DNA of 64,000 nt from Brevundimonas sp. (GCA_039207135.1 JBCECL010000004.1:5165-69164); one strand, 5' to 3'. Shown: positions 30,579-38,865, numbered from the stretch's first letter. The notes: a model not told the origin generated them from the sequence alone. Made by a program: numbers and translations.

Positions 30579-33403
30579 GTGCACAGACGCGAGACACGCA
30601 CGCCGAGGGCGCCGAGCTGCCCGAGAGGGGGCCCGAGCGCTTCCAGCGCGCGAGCGCAGAGCAGGAGCCGCCGCACTCGCGATGGAGCAGCATCGGCGCG
30701 CTGCTGGTGCTCCTCGTGCTCGTCGTCGGCGTGCCCTTCGCGCTCGTGCGCCTCGGCGGCGGTCTGCACGTCCCGACCTCGCTGCCGAGCCGCGAGGACC
30801 TGACGGGAGCCGTCGGCATCGACCAGGTCGTCACGTTGCTGACCTGGATCGTCTGGCTCGCGTGGCTGCAGTTCACGATCTGCGTGGCCGTCGAGCTGCG
30901 CTCCGCGATCCGCGGCGTCGGCATGCCCGCACGCGTGCCGCTGGCCGGGCCGAGCCAGCGGGCCGCGCGCACGCTGGTCGCGGCCGTCCTGCTGCTCGTC
31001 ACGTTCGCCGGGCAGGCGAATGCGGTCACCACGACCGTCGAGCACGCCGGATCGGTCCCCGTGGCCGCGGTGGCGTCGTCCGTCCCGGGCGCCGCCGCGG
31101 TGTCCGCCGAGGCGCCCGCCCAGGAGCACACCGACGAGGGACGGAAGGTCTACCACCTCGGTGACATCGAGCTCGACGAGGACGAAGGGCGCGAGCTGGT
31201 CGGCAAGCTGGTCGCGGTCGTCACGCCGCCGGAGGGCCGGTACCACGACAACCTCTGGGACATCGCGGAACGGCACATGGGCGACGGGCGCCGCTACCAC
31301 GACATCTTCGAGCTCAACAAGGGGCGCGACCAGCCCGACGGGCAGGAGCTCACGCTCGCCCGGCTCATCCAGCCGGGCTGGCTGCTCGTCATGCCCGAGG
31401 ACGCGGCGGGGGTCGAACGGGTGACCGTGACCGTCGTGGCGCCGGTCGCGGAGGAAGCGCCGGTGCTGCCCGTCGACCCGCCGGCCGCCTTGTCCAAGGC
31501 GCCGTCGCAGGCCTCCGAGCCGGCCGTCGCCGCGCCAGCCACGAAGGCGGTCGACGACGCGCAGAGCCTCGTCGGCTCGGGTCTCCTGGCCGCGGGGCTG
31601 CTGGCGGCAGTCGTCGCGCTGCGGAGGCGGCGTCGCACGCCGGCGCCCGGCGACGACGCGGTCGAGATGGAGGTCGCGCTGCGGGTCGGTGCCGACCCAG
31701 AGCGCGCCCGCCGGCTCGACGCAGGACTGCGCGAGCTGTCCGCGCTGCGCTCAGCCGCGGGGCTCGAGCTCCCCGCGGTCTACGCGGCGAGCATCGACGA
31801 CTCACGGCTCACGGTGCACCTCGCGCCCGCCGACCCGAACGCGCCTGCGCCCTGGCGCGCGAGCGATGACGGTCGGCAGTGGCACCGCACCGCGGAGCTC
31901 GACCGGCGCGCGCCCTCGGACGTGCCCGCTCCCTACCCGGGCCTGGTCTCGCTGGGTCGCGGCTCCGACGAGGCCGACGTGCTCATCGACCTCGAGGCGG
32001 CGCAGGGCACGATCTGCATCGCGGGCGACGAAGCCGTCGCGCGCGAGGTGGCCGCGGCGATCGCCGCCGAGCTCGTCACCAACACGTGGTCCGACGCGCT
32101 GCGCGTCACCGGCGTCGACCTCCCCGACGCGTTGTCGGAGATCGGCGGCGAGCGTTACCGCCGCGTCGCGGCCATCGAGGACGGACTTCCGGAGGTGACG
32201 GCCCGGCAGGCCGACGTGCTCGGCACGAACGTCCTCGCGGGCAGGTCGCGCGGCTTGCGCTCGACTCCCGAGTACATCGTCGCCGGCACCGCGCCCTCCG
32301 AAGACTCCGCACGGCGGCTCGCCGAGCTCGCGGCCGACGGGGGTCGCGCGCCGTGGGGCGCCGTCGTCGTCGGCGACGTCCCGGGGGCGCGCTGGCGGAT
32401 CGAGGTGGACTCCGACGGTGCGCTCAGCATCGGCCTGCTCGGCCTGCGCGTCACCGCCAACCGGTTGTCGGCACGTCGCGTCGCCGCGCTCGGCGAGCTC
32501 CTTGCGCCGCCGGAGCCGGACGCGCTGCTCGACCGCGCCGGGAGCGTGGACCTCGAGGGGCACCTGGAACGGCCCGAGCTGCCCGAGCCGCCGCCGACGT
32601 CACGCGCGCTGGGCGTCGCGGACCTCTGGGCCGCACCCGTGCGGGTGCTCGTGCTCGGCAGCCCGCGGGTCGAGGCCGAGGGTCCGATCGACGACGACCG
32701 CCGCGCGCTGTGCACCGAGCTCGTCGTCCACCTCGCGCTGCACCCGGAGGGCGTCCACCCGACCGTGCTCGGTGCGGCGGTATGGCCCCGCGGGGTGACG
32801 ACGGCGGTGCTGAACGCGACTGTGGCTCGGGCTCGCGAGTGGCTCGGCAAGGACGCGCACGGTGCGCCCCACCTGCGGCACACGATGGACGGGAACCTCG
32901 TCCTGGGTGCGCGCGTGGTGCTCGACTGGGACGTCGTGCGGGCGCTCCTGGTGGCGTCGCGGAGCGGTGCGACGCCGGCCGAGGAGCGCGAGCTCTTGCG
33001 CGAGGCGCTCGCGATCGTGCGCGGTGCGACGCTCGAGGACGCTCCGTCCGGGCGCTACTCCTGGCTCGCTCGCGCGCGCCTGGAGCGCGACGCGAGGGCC
33101 CTGCTCGTGGACGCCGCACACCGCCTCGCGGTGCTGTGCCTCGACGACGACCCGGCGGGGGCCAGGGCGGCCGTCACCGCAGGTCTGCGCGTCGCCCCGG
33201 TCGACGAGCTGCTCTGGCGCGACCTGCTGCGGACGGTGTCGCTCGAGTCGGGGCCGGAGGGCGTGCGAGCTGCGGCCGACGAGCTGCAGCGCGAGCTGCG
33301 CGAGGCGGGCATCACCGAGGTCCCCGCCCAGACGGCGGCGCTCCTCGAAGAGCTCGCGCCGTCGGCCGACCCCGGCCGCGCTGGCCGCGGGAGGGGCGCG
33401 TGA
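30575..33403 (+). CDS. Polytopic membrane protein with a LysM domain and a C-terminal SARP-type wHTH + BTAD module
   Basis: 942 aa. Three N-terminal TM helices are followed by a LysM-like segment (YHDNLWDIAERHMGDGRRYHDIFELNKGRDQPDG..LIQPGWLLVMP). A fourth TM helix plus RRRRR follows, then a roughly 300-aa cytoplasmic domain. The C-terminus holds a SARP wHTH (VRVLVLGSPRVEAEG..VHLALHPEGVH..AVWPRG..ARAREWLG) and BTAD (LDWDVVRALL..LREALAIVRGATLED..ELLWRDLLRT). A GTGA overlap joins it to the last tad gene. Confidence 0.75.
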   Translation: MSAQTRDTHAEGAELPERGPERFQRASAEQEPPHSRWSSIGALLVLLVLVVGVPFALVRLGGGLHVPTSLPSREDLTGAVGIDQVVTLLTWIVWLAWLQFTICVAVELRSAIRGVGMPARVPLAGPSQRAARTLVAAVLLLVTFAGQANAVTTTVEHAGSVPVAAVASSVPGAAAVSAEAPAQEHTDEGRKVYHLGDIELDEDEGRELVGKLVAVVTPPEGRYHDNLWDIAERHMGDGRRYHDIFELNKGRDQPDGQELTLARLIQPGWLLVMPEDAAGVERVTVTVVAPVAEEAPVLPVDPPAALSKAPSQASEPAVAAPATKAVDDAQSLVGSGLLAAGLLAAVVALRRRRRTPAPGDDAVEMEVALRVGADPERARRLDAGLRELSALRSAAGLELPAVYAASIDDSRLTVHLAPADPNAPAPWRASDDGRQWHRTAELDRRAPSDVPAPYPGLVSLGRGSDEADVLIDLEAAQGTICIAGDEAVAREVAAAIAAELVTNTWSDALRVTGVDLPDALSEIGGERYRRVAAIEDGLPEVTARQADVLGTNVLAGRSRGLRSTPEYIVAGTAPSEDSARRLAELAADGGRAPWGAVVVGDVPGARWRIEVDSDGALSIGLLGLRVTANRLSARRVAALGELLAPPEPDALLDRAGSVDLEGHLERPELPEPPPTSRALGVADLWAAPVRVLVLGSPRVEAEGPIDDDRRALCTELVVHLALHPEGVHPTVLGAAVWPRGVTTAVLNATVARAREWLGKDAHGAPHLRHTMDGNLVLGARVVLDWDVVRALLVASRSGATPAEERELLREALAIVRGATLEDAPSGRYSWLARARLERDARALLVDAAHRLAVLCLDDDPAGARAAVTAGLRVAPVDELLWRDLLRTVSLESGPEGVRAAADELQRELREAGITEVPAQTAALLEELAPSADPGRAGRGRGA

Positions 33404-33415
33404 GGCGTCCATACG

Positions 33416-33462
33416 ACGGGCAAACGGCCGCAAGGCTGTCCGAAACCCGATAGTTTGCCCGT
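33416..33462 (+). promoter_or_regulatory. 10-bp perfect inverted repeat overlapping a -10-like element upstream of the WXG100 gene
   Basis: ACGGGCAAAC (33416-33425) pairs with GTTTGCCCGT (33453-33462). TAGTTT at 33451-33456 fits the TANNNT pattern. Hexamers GCAAAC, GCAAGG and CGAAAC sit at 33420, 33430 and 33441, spaced 10-11 nt apart. Confidence 0.35.
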
Positions 33463-33508
33463 GTGTGGCGGCGTCATGGGGGCGCCGCACGATCAGAAGG
33501 AGAAGTCC

Positions 33509-33781
33509 GTGGCCGTCGGTGCAGAGCTCAGTACCCTCCAGTCCCTTCACAAGACGTTCGAGGCCAAGGCCGACGAGGCGCAGGAGATCAAGGCGAAGGT
33601 CGACTCCGCTCTTCAGAGCGCCGTCTGGACGGGCAAGTACTCGGAAGACTTCAGGTCTGCCTGGAACGAGTACCGCGCGAACCTCGACAAGCTGCGCGAG
33701 GCGCTCGACGGTGCCGCGAGCGACGTCAAGACGAACCACAACAACATCGCCGCCGCGACGGGCGAGAGCGACCGCATCTGA
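33509..33781 (+). CDS. WXG100-family (ESAT-6-like) protein
   Basis: 90 aa from GTG 33509, preceded by an AAGGAG RBS. It is predicted to be helical, with a central W-T-G motif (SAVWTGKYSEDFRSAW). Confidence 0.8.
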   Translation: MAVGAELSTLQSLHKTFEAKADEAQEIKAKVDSALQSAVWTGKYSEDFRSAWNEYRANLDKLREALDGAASDVKTNHNNIAAATGESDRI

Positions 33782-33789
33782 TCAACGTG

Positions 33790-33823
33790 CAGGCGGCCCG
33801 CCCCGGGTGGGGCGGGCCGCCTG
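33790..33823 (+). terminator. Perfect 15-bp GC hairpin between the WXG100 gene and the FtsK-like ATPase gene
   Basis: CAGGCGGCCCGCCCC gggt GGGGCGGGCCGCCTG, beginning 9 nt after the WXG100 stop. There is no clear U-tract. Confidence 0.6.
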
Positions 33824-33884
33824 TCGCCATGAGCGCATGGCACGACCCGTGCGCGCCGACCCGACCCGTCGACAGGAGGACCAC

Positions 33885-36800
33885 GTGCGTCTGATCCTCA
33901 GCGTCGCCGTACCGGGCGAAGCGGCGCCCGTCGACGTCGTCGCGGAGTGTGCACCCGGTGCGCGTGTCGCGGACCTCGGCGTGGCGCTCGGCGCGGCGCT
34001 GCGGTTCGAGCAGCACAGCGTGGTGCCACGAGGCTCGGGACATCTCGGCGTCGTCGAGGTGACACGCGCCGAGCACGGCGCCACGCTGCCGCTGTGGTGG
34101 CGGGGCACGGAGCTGGAGCCCGAGCAGCCCTTGGAGGCCAGCCCCCTGCGGCAGGGGCACCTGGTCGGCTTGGGGCAGCCGGCCGCTGACCTGTGGGACG
34201 AGCCGTTCGGTGCATGCGAGGTGCGCGTCGTCTCCGGCCGGGGTGCCGGGCGTGTGCACCGGCTCAGCCCGGGCCGGCACGAGGTCGGACGCTCGCGGGC
34301 CGCGTCGGTCCGGCTCGAGGACGGACCCGAGCGCGCGCTGGTCCTGGACGTGGGCGTCGACGGCTCGGTGACCGTGACCGTCGAGCCCGAGGTCGCGGCG
34401 CTGACCGTCCCCGCTCCGCGGCGACTGCGGCCGCTCGACGGCCCGATCGTCGTGCCCGGGGAGCCAGCGCGGGCGGACCGGGCCGGGGGGCGGCGGTACT
34501 CGACGCGCCTGGCCCGCGCGCGCAGCGCGAGCGCCGGCATGCAGGAGATCGATCCCGAGGACGACCGCCCGCTCGTGCACCTCGACCGTGCAGCGGTCCT
34601 GGCCCCCCGTCGGTGGGTGGCGGGGGAGTCGCTCGTCGTCGGCGACACGGTGCTCGAGCTCGCCGAGCTCACCGCACCCGACGCCTCGCTCTCGCCGAGC
34701 GCCGAAGGCGCCACGCTCGACTTCAACCGCCCACCTCGACTGCTCCCGCCGGTGCGGACGAGCGAGTACCGGCTGCCCGCCGAGCCGAGGACGCCCGACC
34801 GGCAGTCCTTCCCGCTCGCGATGGTGCTCCTGCCCGTCATCATGGGCGGCGCGATGTACTGGTTCACGCGGTCGCCGTACTCGCTCATCATCATGGCCCT
34901 GTCGCCGGCGATGGGGATCTCGAACTGGGTCTCGTCGCGCAAGTCGCGTCGGGGGCAGCACGTCGAGGCGGTGCGGACGTTCGCCGAGCGGACAGCGCGC
35001 GTCGAGGCCGACGCGTACGCGGCGCTCACCAGCGAGAGCGCAGCGCGGCGGCGCGAGCTGCCCGACCCCGCGAGCGTCCTGCTGTTCGCGACCGGCCCCC
35101 GGGCGCGGCTGTGGGAGCGGCGACGCACCGACCCGGACTGGCTGCTGGCTCGCGTCGGCACGGCCGACGTCGCGAGCGAGGTCTCCTTGCGCGACCCGTC
35201 GCGCGAGGACCACGAGCGCGTCCAGCACTGGACGGCGGCGGACGTCCCCGTCGCGGTGCCGTTGGCCCAGGTCGGTGTCACGGGGGTCGCGGGGAGCGAC
35301 GACGAGCGTCGACGACTGGCGGGGTGGATGGTCGCGCAGGTGGCCGCGTCGCACTCTCCGGCGGACGTCTCGGTGGTGCTCCTCGCCGAGCCCGGGGGCG
35401 CCGCGGACTGGCGCTGGGTGCGCTGGCTGCCTCATCTGCGACGCGATGCCGGGCCGCTCGTCTCGGTCGGCAACGACGACGAGACCACCGCTCGCCGCGT
35501 CGCCGAGCTGCTCGACCTGGTCGAGCGCCGCCGAGCCGCGTCGCGGTCCGACCAGGGCTTCTCGAGCGCGTCGCTCGTCCTCCCGCCTCCGGTCCTCGTC
35601 GTCCTCGACGGTGCGCGTCGCATCCGCATGCTTCCCGGGCTCGTGACGCTCCTGCGCGAGGGTCCGGCCGTCGGCGTCCTGTTCCTGTGCCTCGACGAGC
35701 AGGAGCGTCAGCTGCCCGAGGAGTGCCGTGCCGTCGTCCGGCTCGACGCGGGCGGCGCGGTGGTCACGGTCGCGGGTCGCGACGCGGTCGAGGGCGTGCG
35801 CGCCGACCTGGTCGACCCGGGCTGGCTCGAGCGGATGGCCAGGGCGGTGGCCCCGATCCGCGACATCAGCAGCGAGGACCTGACGTCGACGGTCCCGACG
35901 ACGTCGCGGCTGCTCGACGTGCTGCAGCTGGACCCGCCGCGCGCCGACGCGGTCGCGCAGGTCTGGGCTCGGGGCGGCCGCACGACGAAGGCGGTCATCG
36001 GCGAGACCGGCGACGGGTTGTTCACGGTCGACGTCAGCGCGGACGGCCCCCACGGGCTCGTCGCGGGGACCACCGGCTCCGGCAAGTCGGAGCTCCTGCA
36101 GACGTTGATCGCGTCGCTCGCGGTCGGCAACCGGCCGGACGAGATGACCTTCGTGCTGGTCGACTACAAGGGCGGCGCGGCGTTCAAGGACTGCAACAAC
36201 CTGCCGCACACGGTCGGCATGGTCACCGACCTGGACACGCACCTGACGACTCGCGCGCTCGAGAGCCTCGCGGCCGAGCTCCGCCGCCGCGAGCACCAGC
36301 TCGCGGCCGCGGGCGCGAAGGACATCGGCGACTACCTCGCGGCGCGTGGACCCGGCGACGAGCCGATGCCCCGCCTGCTGATCGTCATCGACGAGTTCGC
36401 CGCGCTGGTCGCCGAGCTGCCCGACTTCGTCACGGGCCTGGTCGACATCGCCCGCCGAGGTCGGTCGCTCGGCGTGCACCTGCTGCTGGCGACGCAGCGG
36501 CCGGCAGGTGTGGTCAGCGCCGAGATCAAGTCGAACACGAACCTGCGCATCGCCCTGCGGGTCACCGACCGCAACGACAGCCAGGACGTCATCGAGGGGC
36601 CCGAGGCCGCCGAGATCGCGCAGAGCCTGCCGGGTCGCGCGTACGCCCGGCTCGGCCACTCGAGCCTCGTCGCCTTCCAGGCGTCTCGGGTCGGAGGCCG
36701 TCCGCCGGCGGCCACGCGCGGCGGGCAGGTGTCGGTCGCACCCCTCGGCTGGGACGTGCTCGGGCGGCCGCTGCCCGGCCGGCGCGCCGCGGGAGAGGAC

Positions 36801-38492
36801 GACATCGACACCCCCACGGATCTGGCCTCGCTGGTCGCCGCGGTGCGAGACGCCGCGTCCCTCGCGAGCGTCGCGGCGCCGCCGCCGCCGTGGCTGCCCG
36901 CGCTGCCGCCGGTGGTCACGCTCGCGGGTCTCGCGGAGGCCGCTCGGCGCGAGCTGCCGGCCTCGCCCTTCGCGCTCCCGTACGGGCTGCTCGACCTGCC
37001 CTCGCAGCAGCGCCGTGACATCGCGGTGCACGACATCGAGCGTGCCGGCCACCTCGCGGTGCTCGGAGCGGCGCGCTCCGGTCGCTCGACGGTGCTGAGA
37101 ACCCTCGCGGCCGCAGTGGGCGAGCGGCTCTCGCCGCGCGACGTCCACCTGTACGGGGTGGACTGCGGGAACAACGCACTCCTCCCGCTCGTCGGCCTGC
37201 CGCACACCGGCGCCGTCGTGACGCGCGACCAGCCCGAGCGGCTCGCGCGCCTGACGCGCCGCCTGCGCGCCGAGATCTCGCGTCGCCAGCGCCTGCTCGC
37301 CGAGCAGTCGTACGCGGACGTGACCGAGCAGCGGGCGAGCGTCGCTCGCGACGACCGGCTGCCCTACATCGTCGTGCTCCTCGACCGCTGGGAGGGCTTC
37401 GTCCAGGCGTTCGAGGACTACGACCAGGGCGTGCTGCTCGACCTGTGGACGCAGATCCTGCAGGAGGGACCGGGCGCCGGCGTGAAGGTCGTGCTGAGCG
37501 GCGACCGCAGCCTGACCGTCGGACGGATCTCGACGCTGACGGAGAACCGGCTCATGCTGCGCATGTCCGACCCAGGTGACTACTCGGCCGTGGGCATGAC
37601 ACCGCGCCAGGTGCCCGGCGTGATCGGCGACGGGCGCGGGTTCCGTTCGCAGTCGTCGCAGGAGGTCCAGGTCTGCCTCCTGGACGAGGCGCCGGGCGGC
37701 GCGGAGCAGGTCGCGGCGCTCCAGCGCATCGCGCGCGACGCGACCGACCGCGCCGAGCGTGACGGTGACGCTCCTGAGCAGCAGGTGCCGTTCCGGGTCG
37801 ACGACCTGCCGGCCCAGATCACGCTGGCGCGAGCCCTGGCCCTCGGGCCTCGCGCGCTCGCGCGCTCCGCCGTGCCCGCGGGGGTGGGCGGCGACAGCCT
37901 GACCCTGTTCGGCTTCGAGGCCGAGGAGCACGGACCCGGCGTCCTCGTGGTCGGTCCTCGTCGCTCGGGACGCAGCACGGCTCTGATGACGATGGCGACG
38001 TCGGCGCTCGAGCGCGGCTGGGCGGTCGGCACCGTGACGCCTCGGCGAAGCCCGCTGCGCGACCTCGCGGGCTCCGCCGGGCTCGTCGGGGACCTCACGC
38101 TCGAGTCGTCTCGCGACGAGATCCGCGCTCTGCTCGCGGAGCTCGAACCCACCGCGAGCCGCCCGACGCTCCTCGTCGTGGACGACCTCGAGCTGCTGGG
38201 CACGGACAGCAACGCCGCGGAGGCGATCGTGGAGCACCTCGCGACCCTGAGGGACCGTCCGGGCCTCGTCGTGGCCGGCGGGACCACGGACGAGCTGTCG
38301 GGCTCGTACCGCGGCCCGGCTCCCGCGCTGAAGAAGTCCCGCAGCGGGCTCTTGCTGTGCCCAGCCTCGCCGAACGACGGCGACGTGTTCGGCTTGCGGC
38401 TGCCGCGATCGGTCATCGGGGGATCGATGCCGGGTCGCGGGATCGTGTCGCTGGGCGGGCAGTGGCAGAGCGTGCAGGTGCCCGTGCCATGA
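33885..38492 (+). CDS. Type VII secretion FtsK/SpoIIIE-family ATPase (EssC/EccC-like) with an N-terminal FHA-like region
   Basis: 1535 aa from GTG 33885 with an AGGAGGA RBS. The N-terminal soluble region includes EVRVVSGRGAGRVHRLSPGRHEVGRSRAASVRLED. Two TM helices follow (FPLAMVLLPVIMGGAMYWF, YSLIIMALSPAMGISNWV), then three P-loop domains with Walker A GTTGSGKSE, GAARSGRST and GPRRSGRST. Confidence 0.88.
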   Translation: MRLILSVAVPGEAAPVDVVAECAPGARVADLGVALGAALRFEQHSVVPRGSGHLGVVEVTRAEHGATLPLWWRGTELEPEQPLEASPLRQGHLVGLGQPAADLWDEPFGACEVRVVSGRGAGRVHRLSPGRHEVGRSRAASVRLEDGPERALVLDVGVDGSVTVTVEPEVAALTVPAPRRLRPLDGPIVVPGEPARADRAGGRRYSTRLARARSASAGMQEIDPEDDRPLVHLDRAAVLAPRRWVAGESLVVGDTVLELAELTAPDASLSPSAEGATLDFNRPPRLLPPVRTSEYRLPAEPRTPDRQSFPLAMVLLPVIMGGAMYWFTRSPYSLIIMALSPAMGISNWVSSRKSRRGQHVEAVRTFAERTARVEADAYAALTSESAARRRELPDPASVLLFATGPRARLWERRRTDPDWLLARVGTADVASEVSLRDPSREDHERVQHWTAADVPVAVPLAQVGVTGVAGSDDERRRLAGWMVAQVAASHSPADVSVVLLAEPGGAADWRWVRWLPHLRRDAGPLVSVGNDDETTARRVAELLDLVERRRAASRSDQGFSSASLVLPPPVLVVLDGARRIRMLPGLVTLLREGPAVGVLFLCLDEQERQLPEECRAVVRLDAGGAVVTVAGRDAVEGVRADLVDPGWLERMARAVAPIRDISSEDLTSTVPTTSRLLDVLQLDPPRADAVAQVWARGGRTTKAVIGETGDGLFTVDVSADGPHGLVAGTTGSGKSELLQTLIASLAVGNRPDEMTFVLVDYKGGAAFKDCNNLPHTVGMVTDLDTHLTTRALESLAAELRRREHQLAAAGAKDIGDYLAARGPGDEPMPRLLIVIDEFAALVAELPDFVTGLVDIARRGRSLGVHLLLATQRPAGVVSAEIKSNTNLRIALRVTDRNDSQDVIEGPEAAEIAQSLPGRAYARLGHSSLVAFQASRVGGRPPAATRGGQVSVAPLGWDVLGRPLPGRRAAGEDDIDTPTDLASLVAAVRDAASLASVAAPPPPWLPALPPVVTLAGLAEAARRELPASPFALPYGLLDLPSQQRRDIAVHDIERAGHLAVLGAARSGRSTVLRTLAAAVGERLSPRDVHLYGVDCGNNALLPLVGLPHTGAVVTRDQPERLARLTRRLRAEISRRQRLLAEQSYADVTEQRASVARDDRLPYIVVLLDRWEGFVQAFEDYDQGVLLDLWTQILQEGPGAGVKVVLSGDRSLTVGRISTLTENRLMLRMSDPGDYSAVGMTPRQVPGVIGDGRGFRSQSSQEVQVCLLDEAPGGAEQVAALQRIARDATDRAERDGDAPEQQVPFRVDDLPAQITLARALALGPRALARSAVPAGVGGDSLTLFGFEAEEHGPGVLVVGPRRSGRSTALMTMATSALERGWAVGTVTPRRSPLRDLAGSAGLVGDLTLESSRDEIRALLAELEPTASRPTLLVVDDLELLGTDSNAAEAIVEHLATLRDRPGLVVAGGTTDELSGSYRGPAPALKKSRSGLLLCPASPNDGDVFGLRLPRSVIGGSMPGRGIVSLGGQWQSVQVPVP

Positions 38493-38565
38493 CGAGCATG
38501 ACCGGTGAGCGACGACCCTGTCCCGTGCCGGACGGGGACAGGACGCAGGAAGAGGAGAAGACGAC

Positions 38566-38856
38566 GTGACGGACGACGACAAGGTCGAGAACCGGTACCG
38601 CATCGCGCTCGCAGACGCCACGCCCGGCGCCCGGTGGTCCGCGACCGCCGCGGGCACGGCCTTCGCCGCGGTCGAGAGCGCGCTGAAGAACGACGCGTGG
38701 GTCAGCACCACGGCCGACGCCTTCTCGAGCACGTGCGCAGCCAACGAGAAGTCCGCCGGCGCAGCTGCCGGCGACTGCGTCGACGAGATGACCGCGCGGC
38801 ACGGGCGAGAGCCGCTCAAGGTCTCCAAGACCGACTACCGCGCGACCTGGCACTAG
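38566..38856 (+). CDS. Small helical hypothetical protein (possible WXG100-like partner or targeting factor)
   Basis: 96 aa from GTG with a GGAAGAGGAGAAG RBS. It is Ala-rich with no TM helix or signal peptide. DAWVSTTADAF sits where a WXG-like turn would be. Confidence 0.55.
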   Translation: MTDDDKVENRYRIALADATPGARWSATAAGTAFAAVESALKNDAWVSTTADAFSSTCAANEKSAGAAAGDCVDEMTARHGREPLKVSKTDYRATWH

Positions 38857-38865
38857 GGGGACACA

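Noticed and set aside
32862-33884. The upstream part of the 1876-aa plus-strand ORF, which would make the ATPase start inside the LysM-SARP gene.
   Set aside because: This in-frame extension overlaps the SARP gene and the whole WXG100 gene in other frames and is Arg/Ser/Pro-rich. GTG 33885, preceded by AGGAGGA and by the hairpin, is the credible start.
33885-38492. The FtsK/SpoIIIE protein read as a TraB-like conjugative DNA translocase marking an actinomycete integrative element.
   Set aside because: TraB-type translocases have a single ATPase domain and are about half this size. This protein has three P-loop domains, two TM helices and an adjacent WXG100 gene. No replication, integrase or spread genes are nearby.
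33726-38828. A 1700-aa minus-strand ORF, the longest in the track apart from the 1876-aa plus-strand ORF at 32862-38492.
   Set aside because: It is antisense to the FtsK-like ATPase gene. Its composition is extremely Arg/Pro/Gly/Asp-rich and it has no recognisable motifs. This is the typical mirror ORF produced by high GC3 coding on the opposite strand.
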